Assembly: GCA_964475825.1 (NCBI GenBank)
Contig: CAYYXT010000005.1
Span: forward strand, 73,529 to 105,528
DNA from: an uncultured Nitrosopumilaceae archaeon
Lineage (GTDB): Archaea > Thermoproteota > Nitrososphaeria > Nitrososphaerales > Nitrosopumilaceae
Direction: 5' to 3'
Length of the DNA: 32,000 nt
Numbering within the stretch: position 1 is the first letter of the stretch; the number at the start of each line of letters is the position of its first letter. Shown one piece after another: positions 18,896 through 26,488 of this stretch. A model generated the notes under the pieces. It was given only the letters and a program-made list of their open reading frames with translations. It was not told where the DNA came from and did no database searches. The translations under genes and the position numbers were made by a program.

Positions 18896-19477
18896 TTATT
18901 CTAATTCTTGATAATTTTTTGGCATACTAGTACTAAGATAACTCATAACTGTAGGATAGATTGTATCATAGTCTTTATCATTATGAATGATAGTAAAAAT
19001 TCTATGAATTAGCTGTTGAATTTCCAGATGCTCGTCACGGTACAAAGTTTTTTTTGGGTTTTTGTTTGAATCTAAAAGAGTAAATCCATTATCAATCTGG
19101 AATAGATTTTTCAGTAACGAATTTGCTATGACGATCTTTTCATTTGCATCTTTATGCTGATAGTCAGTTTCGAGTTTTTTTATGTAGTTTTTTATGTTGT
19201 GAAAAGATGTGTTTGTAATTCTTTCAATATGTTGTTGAAATCGTGTAGCATAATTTAATGTCGGAACATAGAATTTCATATTCCTTTTTTTTTGAACCGA
19301 GACTATTTCTTTTTCAAGCAATGAATCCCTAGTCTTTTCAAATGTTGTTTTGGCCATACGCTCAGGAACAATCACTTTCATCAATGCATTATGATGCATG
19401 TTGGGATTATTTTTTATGCATTCTAGAACAATCCTCTCACGCTCATATAGTTCTAAATTAGGCTCAAGATAAGTCAT
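18896..19477 (-). CDS. winged-helix DNA-binding protein with helical C-terminal domain
   Basis: The N-terminal ERERIVLECIKNNPNMHHNALMKVIVPERMAKTTFEKTRDSLLEKEIV looks like a wHTH. Its size and architecture resemble 12849-13415. Confidence 0.5.
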   Translation of the reverse strand: MTYLEPNLELYERERIVLECIKNNPNMHHNALMKVIVPERMAKTTFEKTRDSLLEKEIVSVQKKRNMKFYVPTLNYATRFQQHIERITNTSFHNIKNYIKKLETDYQHKDANEKIVIANSLLKNLFQIDNGFTLLDSNKNPKKTLYRDEHLEIQQLIHRIFTIIHNDKDYDTIYPTVMSYLSTSMPKNYQELE

Positions 19478-19852
19478 TATTACTAGGTCGACCTATTATA
19501 TACAGGTTAAGTATTTATCAATATCGTCAACAAATAAAAAATTGGATTTCTGACCCATTTGGTTTTAGTCCTAAAAATTTATCAAAGTTTTGTCAATAAT
19601 ATTATGAAATCTCAATTAAGTTGTTTAGCATAGCATCAAGTTTAGTAGATTAGTATTTAGGAAATAAAACTGATTTTGAAGATGATTCCTACGTGTGCTT
19701 TAAGCAAATTTTGTTATTGTATAACACGTAAACAGCAACGAGGCTGCATCCTGGGAATATCTAGGGATTATCTTTGATTATACTTGAAGAATAGTTTCAG
19801 CTAAAAGAATGCCATCATTATGGATATATGACCATCACATCAAGTCATTAAA

Positions 19853-20101
19853 ATGAGCACAAAAGGAACTGTAATTGGAATAATAATCGCTATTGTAATA
19901 ATAGTAGGAATGCTGACATATACAAATATTTATGATCTTGTAAAACCAAGCATCGAATTATCTGTAGATACTACCAAGGATGCAATCTCTAATGTAGATG
20001 GACAAGATGTAGTGGAAAAGGCTGAAGAAGTATCAAGCATAATCAAAAATGTAACTGACAAAATTAAAGTAACAAATCCACTAGAACAAAAAAATCCTTA
20101 A
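19853..20101 (+). CDS. small membrane-anchored protein
   Basis: 82 aa with one N-terminal TM helix (GTVIGIIIAIVIIVGMLTY). Confidence 0.4.
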   Translation: MSTKGTVIGIIIAIVIIVGMLTYTNIYDLVKPSIELSVDTTKDAISNVDGQDVVEKAEEVSSIIKNVTDKIKVTNPLEQKNP

Positions 20102-20175
20102 TTCATTTCATGTTCAACTCTTTACGTATAAAAATTTGATGTAACGAGTTTTCTTAATATATGATAAAGTTATGA

Positions 20176-20191
20176 TTATCAATTTTGATAA
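20176..20191. promoter_or_regulatory. perfect palindrome TTATCAA-tt-TTGATAA upstream of the wHTH gene (candidate operator)
   Basis: 7-bp arms read directly from the sequence, 61 bp upstream of the ATG at 20252. AT-rich palindromes of this size can arise by chance. Confidence 0.25.
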
Positions 20192-20251
20192 TTCTCTTTT
20201 TGTTTAAATATTGAATGTCCCGTACAAATATTGGTGTTAAGATAGTAAGTT

Positions 20252-20521
20252 ATGAAACAAATAAGCATTGAAAGTATAAGATTAGAGCTTGACTTTGAAC
20301 CAAGCATGAAAACTCTATCGCGTATCGTGAAATTCATGAAAGAGAACGAATCTATTGGTAAGAATCAATTATCACTTCGTGCTAATATACAATATGCCAG
20401 ACTTGCAAATCATGTTGATTGGTTAGAGAAAAAAGGTTTTGTTGAATCAACAATTGATAAATCCAAGATTAATGTTGGTTTGACTGAGAAAGGCAAAGTA
20501 TTTGCTTCAATGATTTTATAA
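20252..20521 (+). CDS. small winged-helix transcription regulator
   Basis: 89 aa. LSRIVKFMKENESIGKNQLSLRANIQYARLANHVDWLEKKGFVE...LTEKGKVF is a typical archaeal wHTH. Confidence 0.55.
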   Translation: MKQISIESIRLELDFEPSMKTLSRIVKFMKENESIGKNQLSLRANIQYARLANHVDWLEKKGFVESTIDKSKINVGLTEKGKVFASMIL

Positions 20522-20540
20522 ACTTAGAGAGTAGTTAATC

Positions 20541-20816
20541 TTAACGCTGATAGAAAGAGAATGTGGTTTGAAAAATGACATTTCTGTTATTCTCAGATGG
20601 TAACGATAAAGTCTCAGTTGAGACATAACCTTTGCCAGATATTACAATTTTTTCATACGGGATTTTTGAGACAAACCATTCCTCTTTATCTGAAATTCCA
20701 GTGATGTCGTTTTGACCGTTTTTAAGAACTAGGTGATTGTTTTTTACGTTAATTGAAACTCCGTAACCTCGGAGTAGTTTTACATTGTAATGATTTCGCT
20801 GATCTTTTTGAGTCAT
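20541..20816 (-). pseudogene. cas1: truncated Cas1/casposase gene (N-terminal ~80 aa only)
   Basis: About 60% identical by eye to residues 1-82 of the full casposase at 28820-29893 (QRNHYNVKLLRGYGVSINVK...PYEKIVISGKGYVSTETLSLPSENNRNVI versus QKNHYNIKFLKGYGHSISVK...PYEKIVLQGKGYISTEALSLLSENNRNVI). Homology stops right after NRNVI, and a stop codon follows 10 codons later. The catalytic C-terminal domain is absent. Confidence 0.8.
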
Positions 20817-20834
20817 TTACAATCTAAAAATAGA

Positions 20835-21548
20835 TTACTTTGATTCACAGCCAATACCGTCTTTACCCCCGTCAAATCTGTGTGGGTCTGGTGGCAATAC
20901 TCTAAAGTTTTTGTAAGAAATGTCCTTGCAATTCAAATCTGGAGGATATGGCTTTATGCACACATCAGGATAGGAAGGATCACAGTTGCTCACTTTGTTT
21001 TGAGTAGGTTTGGAAGTTTCTTTTGAAATTTGAGGCTTTATCACTTTTGTAGCACAGCCATATTTCTGTGCCCATATTTCTGCTGAAAATTCACTAACAG
21101 AGCAGAATTGTTTTGATATTTTGGCATGATTGTTATACAATAATTCTGAATTGAGATTCTCACCATTACAAATTACTTTTCCTAAAACTCGTTTATACTT
21201 GTCATTAGGCTTTTTATCGTCTTGATCTACAATAACCTTAGAACCAACAGGGCAAATCTTCTTTAAGAAATTAGATGCTTCAACACCTTCCTTAGTTTTT
21301 AATTCAGGTGTAGAGGTTAAGGATAATCGGATCTTCTTGTATTTTTTAACGCCATCAACTATTTCTTTTACCCACAACGTATCGCCATCAACTATTTTTA
21401 TCACAGTTCCATCGATGCATGATGCTGTTCCTTTGCACTTGTATTGAGATGATACGTTTTGTTTTTGGTCACTAGTACCCTCAGATGATGCAAAAGATGT
21501 CGCAGAAACAAGCATGATAGCAATTAAATAAAATATGATGATCTTCAT
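20835..21548 (-). CDS. secreted staphylococcal-nuclease (SNase/thermonuclease)-like protein with C-terminal Excalibur-like Cys-rich region
   Basis: Signal peptide. GTVIKIVDGDTLWV...KIRLSLTSTPE...EASNFLKKICPVGSKVIV..DKYKRVLGKV..NGENLNSELLYNNHA is the SNase pattern. The C-terminus reads CDPSYPDVCIKPYPPDLNCKDI..FRVLPPDPHRFDGGKDGIGCE. Confidence 0.8.
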   Translation of the reverse strand: MKIIIFYLIAIMLVSATSFASSEGTSDQKQNVSSQYKCKGTASCIDGTVIKIVDGDTLWVKEIVDGVKKYKKIRLSLTSTPELKTKEGVEASNFLKKICPVGSKVIVDQDDKKPNDKYKRVLGKVICNGENLNSELLYNNHAKISKQFCSVSEFSAEIWAQKYGCATKVIKPQISKETSKPTQNKVSNCDPSYPDVCIKPYPPDLNCKDISYKNFRVLPPDPHRFDGGKDGIGCESK

Positions 21549-21589
21549 ACGTTTTGAATGATCTTCCTAAATAAAAAAGATTACGACAC

Positions 21590-21624
21590 ACAGCAGGTTT
21601 TCACTCATGAAACGGGGGATACTA
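21590..21624. repeat. diverged casposon terminal repeat (right end of the remnant element)
   Basis: GCAGGTTTT (21593-21601) and a G5 run (21614-21618) lie 32 and 11 nt from the att repeat. In the intact right TIR, GCAGGTTTT (29965-29973) and a G6 run (29986-29991) lie 33 and 12 nt from it. The intervening bases differ. Confidence 0.5.
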
Positions 21625-21643
21625 TTTTTATTCTCTGTCAATA
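21625..21643. repeat. 19-bp direct repeat / target-site duplication, left copy (tttttattctctgtcaata)
   Basis: Identical to 29998-30016. It flanks the inverted repeats on the outside. The outer 4-7 nt overlap the inverted-repeat match, so the true TSD may be about 14-15 bp. Confidence 0.9.
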
Positions 21644-21720
21644 AAAAGGCAGTCCCCCCTCTTTACTCACAAAAACCTGCGTCTGACTAAAGTAATGATG
21701 AACTATGATTTGTTGGAAAT
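21644..21720. repeat. left terminal inverted repeat of casposon
   Basis: The reverse complement of 21644-21720 equals 29925-30001 base for base (checked by hand). The match can be extended to 21641/30004 into the direct repeat. Confidence 0.95.
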
Positions 21721-21727
21721 CAGATAT

Positions 21728-22747
21728 TTATGGAGTCTTGAATGCTAATTTGCTAAATTTCTCTTTGTATTCTAAATACAACTCAAGAATTCGCATCATT
21801 GAAAAAATAACTCTTTGTAAATCTTGAATGACAAATCTAAGATTATTGTGAACTTCATGTTTGTATTTCTCCATCTGAATTAATGAAGAACAATCCTTAA
21901 AATCAAATACCGTGTTGTGGGTAACCATATATTTACAGTATTTTTCTATGTCTAAATCTTCGGGATCAATGTACTCCATTTCTTCTTTTAAGTTGATTAA
22001 AAGATCAATCTCATGTTGTGGAAAATCCTCATGTGGAAATTTTTCAGCGTTTTTAAATTCATTAAGTAATGAACGATACGCGTTGGATAATTTCCAAAAT
22101 GCGATGAATTGGATATTGGATAAACGATTAATCATATCGGATTCATTTTGTTTAAAAAAATGTTTGAAAATATCAAATCCCTTTCTCAGTTCTCTAGCAT
22201 TTCCATTGTAAATTAACCAACGCTGTGCATCAGTTCCAACAGATAAACGAAGGAATACCTCATCAAGAAACATGATCATGGCATGTTGAATAAATTGTCG
22301 ATAATGAGCAGATTTCTGAATTAATTCTGTTTCTTCTTTTGGATATTTTGGTTTTGGACCGCTCTCGATAATGTATCTCCGTGCTTCAACACATTTATCC
22401 TTAAAATCATCATCGGTAAAGATTAACTTTTCATCACCATATATCAAAAAGCCTATTTTCGAATCTTTTTGAACCATAGGAATTCTTTCCATCCCTAGTG
22501 CTTGAGCGTAGCCTAATTCTTGGTTTACAGATGCTGAAGCAAGAGAATCATCAGTAAATATGGCAATTAGATAATCAGAATGAATAATTTCATTTATGAT
22601 TTTCTTATCCACCGCTTTACCATATTTTTTCTTATCTTCGAAAATAAAAGCTTCCTCTATAAGTTCGCTTTCTTCTAAGATTTCTTTTAATGTTTTAGCT
22701 AAATCATAATTATCTTCGACATGACTTATGAAAATTTTCACAAACAT
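21728..22747 (-). CDS. TIR-like (TIR_2/DUF1863-like) domain protein with unknown helical C-terminal domain
   Basis: The N-terminal ~115 aa read KIFISHVEDNYDLAKTLKEILEES..EAFIFED...GKAVDKKIINEIIHSDYLIAIFTDDSLASASVNQELGYAQALGMERIPMV. This follows the bacterial TIR-like pattern (FISH..D..a..l...L.....f.d....G......i...i...d..i.i.s..s..S.wv.qE.g.A...g..iipv). The C-terminal ~210 aa are not recognised. Confidence 0.5.
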   Translation of the reverse strand: MFVKIFISHVEDNYDLAKTLKEILEESELIEEAFIFEDKKKYGKAVDKKIINEIIHSDYLIAIFTDDSLASASVNQELGYAQALGMERIPMVQKDSKIGFLIYGDEKLIFTDDDFKDKCVEARRYIIESGPKPKYPKEETELIQKSAHYRQFIQHAMIMFLDEVFLRLSVGTDAQRWLIYNGNARELRKGFDIFKHFFKQNESDMINRLSNIQFIAFWKLSNAYRSLLNEFKNAEKFPHEDFPQHEIDLLINLKEEMEYIDPEDLDIEKYCKYMVTHNTVFDFKDCSSLIQMEKYKHEVHNNLRFVIQDLQRVIFSMMRILELYLEYKEKFSKLAFKTP

Positions 22748-22788
22748 GATTGGAAAAAAATCTTATTAAGTCTGATCCTGTATGAAAG

Positions 22789-24606
22789 TTAAATTTTTGT
22801 AACATCAAACAAAGGTAGAGGAAACGGTGATGAAACATTGTGCTCTTTTAGACGAACATCTGTCAGTCTTCCGTGCCACAATCTGCCTCTATCTCCATTA
22901 ACATTCAGTTGTTTAGAAGCAGTGTAAAACGAACCAATCTTTTCAAGCGTTCCCCTATTCAAATTTTCTTTTAGGGTTCCAACTCGTAGTTTTTCAAATG
23001 AATACTTGATTCGTCCTTTAGAATCAATTGTTGTTTCTTTGTGATTAATTGATTCATCACCAATAGAGCCAATCCCTCTGGATTTTTCCCAAATATCATT
23101 TTTAGCATAAAATCCACTTTGCAGGGCATAAATGGAACCCTCAAAATCAGAAGAAAACTCACCCATTTCTTTGGAATCTAGATCAAGTTTCTTTTTACTG
23201 CAAATCGAATCAGTGTACATCATGATAACTTCCTTTTCTATTCCATGTTTCATAATACAGGAATACAACATAGCTCTGGCTATTCCCGTAATTGTAGATA
23301 CAATTGCAGGATTGAAAATATTTCCCATTTTGTTATCCGTGGTTTGCCCAGTTTTGCCATAAATTGCATTTAGAATTATCTTAAATGGTTGTTCCAATGG
23401 ATTACCTTGATTCTTTAGTTCCTGTCTTTGTCTGTACATTTCCTTGATTGGTTTTTTGTATGGATAGTATGGATTGGAATCACAATACTGCCAAGAATCT
23501 AAAATTTCATACCATGATGAATCCTCACAGGCTCGTAATTCTGCAAGTGTGACAAACGTGATAAACTCACCTACTGGATAAATTAACTTTGATCTGACCT
23601 TGAAAGGAAATGGTGTGATGTGTTTTGTTAGTGGAATGTTTGCTTTGATTTTAAAAAATCCAATGACTACATTGTCTTGAATCTCATTTGATTGAATCCA
23701 TTTTCCCTTTGTAAGTTCTGGAACTAGTGTCAATGCAAAAGGGAATGCGGAATTTATATCATAAATAAAACTCTGTTTGTTGTATCCACGTTCTACTAGT
23801 TCAATTCGTCCACCTGCGTATGCATTCCAAGCTATCTCTTGAGCTTGTTCTGGAATCTCATCAAATTTTGGCAGTATGACTCCTTTGTTGATCAGTATTT
23901 TTTCTGCCAGATACCCTGACGAAATCCAATGACTAGGGTAAAACCCAAATGCTTTGAAAAACATATCAATCCAATTTGTAACTAGTTGAGCAGTAAACTT
24001 GCAATCAGAAATACAATAATTTCGTATTAGTTTCTTGTGTCTTTTGTAATAGTCTATTGTGAAATCCTTTCGTATCTCTTTCATCTCCAAGTATTCTTTA
24101 GGTAATTTGCCAATATTCTTTTGATATGCTTCTGTCAGTTTCTTTTGAAAGTAAAATTGAGAAATATCAAAAAATGTTACTGAATGCTTGCCTTTACGAA
24201 TTGAAAGTTTCTTTTCTTCAATGTAATGAATTGAATATCCTAGGATCTTGCATCGAAATCTTTGGGTAAAGTGAAATAATTCCTTTTTTGATAAAGTCAT
24301 TAGAATCATTTTTAGGATTATTCTTGCGTCATAGTGAAGATTCCAGAAAAAGCACCATGATGATTGATATCTCTTATGAAAAAGAAATTTGAGAGTATTT
24401 TCAAGTGATGTATTGGCTAGTTCTATGTAGTGTTCTTCATTATCTGCCAGTAATAGCATACTTCCGTTTGTTGTAGCCTCAATGTCCAAAGCATAGATTT
24501 TACGCCTATCAGAGGTAGCTTTGCGCCTGAATTGTGGTCTTTTTCTTAGATGTTTTAGAGTTCTGCACTTACTCGTGGGAATTTCTAAGCAGATGGATTT
24601 TGCCAT
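22789..24606 (-). CDS. polB: family B DNA polymerase, protein-primed type (pPolB)
   Basis: Exo I YALDIEATT, Exo II FFWNLHYDARIIL, Exo III YCISDCKFT, motif A IYDINSAFPFAL, motif B KIILNAIYGKTG and motif C MMYTDSICS all occur in the canonical order. The compact 605-aa size is typical of protein-primed PolBs. Confidence 0.9.
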   Translation of the reverse strand: MAKSICLEIPTSKCRTLKHLRKRPQFRRKATSDRRKIYALDIEATTNGSMLLLADNEEHYIELANTSLENTLKFLFHKRYQSSWCFFWNLHYDARIILKMILMTLSKKELFHFTQRFRCKILGYSIHYIEEKKLSIRKGKHSVTFFDISQFYFQKKLTEAYQKNIGKLPKEYLEMKEIRKDFTIDYYKRHKKLIRNYCISDCKFTAQLVTNWIDMFFKAFGFYPSHWISSGYLAEKILINKGVILPKFDEIPEQAQEIAWNAYAGGRIELVERGYNKQSFIYDINSAFPFALTLVPELTKGKWIQSNEIQDNVVIGFFKIKANIPLTKHITPFPFKVRSKLIYPVGEFITFVTLAELRACEDSSWYEILDSWQYCDSNPYYPYKKPIKEMYRQRQELKNQGNPLEQPFKIILNAIYGKTGQTTDNKMGNIFNPAIVSTITGIARAMLYSCIMKHGIEKEVIMMYTDSICSKKKLDLDSKEMGEFSSDFEGSIYALQSGFYAKNDIWEKSRGIGSIGDESINHKETTIDSKGRIKYSFEKLRVGTLKENLNRGTLEKIGSFYTASKQLNVNGDRGRLWHGRLTDVRLKEHNVSSPFPLPLFDVTKI

Positions 24607-24920
24607 ATTACATCATTAATGTCTACATCCTCGCCCCTACGTCTTGCAAAGAACTGAGAGAACACCTGCTTCAAAGTATATTTTTCTCTTAGTTCTGGAT
24701 ATGTGTCATAGGTCAGTTTCACATATCGCCAAACATTTTTCATAAAACTAGAACGCTTTTGGTTAGGATCAAAGATTTTTGGTTTTGGAATTTTGATTTG
24801 TGTTTCTAGTTTTTGTTTTTCTTTGGTAAGTCGTTTTCGCAGAGTTACAGCTTCCTTGATTCGTAAAGACTTTAGCCCATCTAATAGTGAGTTAATCTTA
24901 TCTATGTCAATTGATTTCAT
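24585..24920 (-). CDS. hypothetical basic protein, overlaps the polB start by 22 nt
   Basis: 111 aa, Lys/Arg-rich helical N-terminus. The 22-nt overlap with polB suggests co-translation. Confidence 0.5.
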   Translation of the reverse strand: MKSIDIDKINSLLDGLKSLRIKEAVTLRKRLTKEKQKLETQIKIPKPKIFDPNQKRSSFMKNVWRYVKLTYDTYPELREKYTLKQVFSQFFARRRGEDVDINDVIWQNPSA

Positions 24921-24952
24921 TATTTATCACACCTTAAAATGAAAAAAAGAGA

Positions 24953-25300
24953 TTAGAGGACTTTCACCTCAAAATCTCTTAGTTCATTTTCTGGATTTCT
25001 GCTAGACTTTCTTAGCCAAGTTTTGATTTCCAGTACTGTTCCAGACTTTATTTTTCCATCATGTAACAATTTATTGTACTGTCTGTACAGTATTTTGTTT
25101 GACGACTTTGCTTTCAATGGAATGTTTGTATCTACCATGTCCATTTTTGCAAGAACATTCAAGTCAAACTGTGTTTCAAATGGTTCTGGATCTATTATTT
25201 CCACTTGAATGATGTCTGGATTTTCAGAGTCCTTGCTTTTGTAGTTACCCCACTTCAAAAACTGTGGCAGTAATGTGTCACTCATTTGTGACATCTCCAT
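24953..25300 (-). CDS. hypothetical protein
   Basis: 115-aa ORF in the polB-upstream operon. It overlaps the 25278-25511 ORF by 23 nt. Confidence 0.5.
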   Translation of the reverse strand: MEMSQMSDTLLPQFLKWGNYKSKDSENPDIIQVEIIDPEPFETQFDLNVLAKMDMVDTNIPLKAKSSNKILYRQYNKLLHDGKIKSGTVLEIKTWLRKSSRNPENELRDFEVKVL

Positions 25301-25511
25301 TGTTTTCTACGGATGTCAGTTTGATGAATTTCTCATCTTTTGACTGAACCAATTTTACATTGACATGCGATGTGATATCGCAGTTGTCTAATGCAGTCTT
25401 TGGTAACACAACTATCTTTGAAAAATTTTGTTGTGATACCTTGCGGTTTCCAAAATCAGTTTCCACAGAAACATGATTTTCTAGTGTTTTTGCTTTGGTT
25501 TTTCTTGGCAT
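25278..25511 (-). CDS. small DNA-binding-like protein (possible AbrB/SpoVT-type fold)
   Basis: 77 aa. SKIVVLPKTALDNCDITSHVNVKLVQSKDEKFIKLTSV resembles the swapped-hairpin pattern (v.iPk.al..l.i.....v.v......i.l). Weak, judged by eye. Confidence 0.35.
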   Translation of the reverse strand: MPRKTKAKTLENHVSVETDFGNRKVSQQNFSKIVVLPKTALDNCDITSHVNVKLVQSKDEKFIKLTSVENNGDVTNE

Positions 25512-25562
25512 GTTATTAATACGAACATTATGCTTAAATCAGTCTAAAATACTAATTTTAAC
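25512..25562. promoter_or_regulatory. 51-bp divergent intergenic region inside the casposon (probable back-to-back promoters)
   Basis: It separates start codons at 25511 (-) and 25563 (+) and contains TATA-like stretches (ttattaata, ttaaat, taaaatact). Both transcripts would have very short leaders. No experimental support. Confidence 0.3.
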
Positions 25563-26120
25563 ATGAAAAAAGGACAAACTGCAAAGCAAGAAAAGATTTT
25601 AATGGAAATAAAAAAGACACATCCCAAACTCACTTTAATCAAACCTCTTGAATTTGCAAGACTTTTCCATTCTGAAGATTTTCCTTTTGAAAATAAACCG
25701 CGACTTCATCGCGAAGTAACTGAGAAAGTTATTCAGTTTTTTGATGATTATCATTACGCCACTAGAGAATTACCAACATCATACAAAGTAAAAATTATTA
25801 CAAGTAGAGGGTTTAGTGATTGTCTTAATAGTATAATTCGTGACATGTCGTATGTAGATAAAAAACAAAAATCAGAAGAACCTGAGAAACAATTGTCATT
25901 TATGATGTATTATAATTTTTTTAGTCTTGGAATTGAGGGGTTGATAAAAAGTATGCCTGAAGAATTCAGATATACATTACAAGATCAAATTAGACCTGCA
26001 CTGTTACTTATGCAATCTATTACAAGATTTACACTTCAATCAGATTCTAAAAAGAAAGTTCCGTTTGTTCATGCACCTGATTTTATGCTTAAGAAAGGTA
26101 TTGCAGATAATTTAGAATAG
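25563..26120 (+). CDS. hypothetical protein
   Basis: 185-aa ORF, one of only two plus-strand genes in the element. No motif recognised. Confidence 0.5.
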   Translation: MKKGQTAKQEKILMEIKKTHPKLTLIKPLEFARLFHSEDFPFENKPRLHREVTEKVIQFFDDYHYATRELPTSYKVKIITSRGFSDCLNSIIRDMSYVDKKQKSEEPEKQLSFMMYYNFFSLGIEGLIKSMPEEFRYTLQDQIRPALLLMQSITRFTLQSDSKKKVPFVHAPDFMLKKGIADNLE

Positions 26121-26141
26121 TCATAATCTGATTTTATTAGT

Positions 26142-26423
26142 TTGAAGTATCATAGAGGTATCATGAAGTATATAGTTTCAGTGTCAAAAACTTACATTCA
26201 CAGGGGAAATCACAGACATAAATCAGATACAAAGAAGCATTGGTTCATCTATTACTATGAAGATAATGTTTTCAAAACAAAACAAGTTAGTTTGACAGAA
26301 GCATTATTTTACAAAACTCAGAAATACAAACGTATCAAGTATGTTTGTTTAGAATGTGGAAATATGTTTTTGGGATTTGTAAAATCAACTAAAGAAGAAC
26401 TAGATTGTCCTTATTGTGAATAA
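26142..26423 (+). CDS. hypothetical protein with C-terminal zinc ribbon
   Basis: 93 aa (TTG start in the track; an internal Met in MKYIVS is possible). Cysteine pairs CLEC...CPYC. Confidence 0.45.
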   Translation: MKYHRGIMKYIVSVSKTYIHRGNHRHKSDTKKHWFIYYYEDNVFKTKQVSLTEALFYKTQKYKRIKYVCLECGNMFLGFVKSTKEELDCPYCE

Positions 26424-26488
26424 TGGAAAGATAGTAAATTATGCCTCTTTTCATGCCTAAAATCCTTAAGTTAATACAAAAATTAGTT

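Larger units (their letters stand above)
20541..21624. mobile_element. remnant (right end) of a second, diverged casposon abutting the shared att copy
   Basis: The cas1 fragment and a diverged terminal repeat at 21590-21624 have the same orientation and the same position relative to the att repeat as the right end of the intact element. The left boundary is not identified. Confidence 0.55.

Noticed and set aside
19581-19605. Possible third att copy (tgtcaata...tatt) that could mark the left end of the remnant casposon
   Set aside because: Only an 8-mer plus a few bases match, which is expected by chance in AT-rich DNA. No TIR-like sequence follows it.
20186-20235. Possible degenerate left end of the remnant casposon: attctct (20191-20197), then a rare cccg (20219-20222) about where the TIR C-run would be
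   Set aside because: The similarity needs several indels (spacing off by 4-8 nt) and rests on very short matches. It is kept only as a weak hypothesis. If true, the remnant would be 20.19-21.62 kb and would include the wHTH gene.
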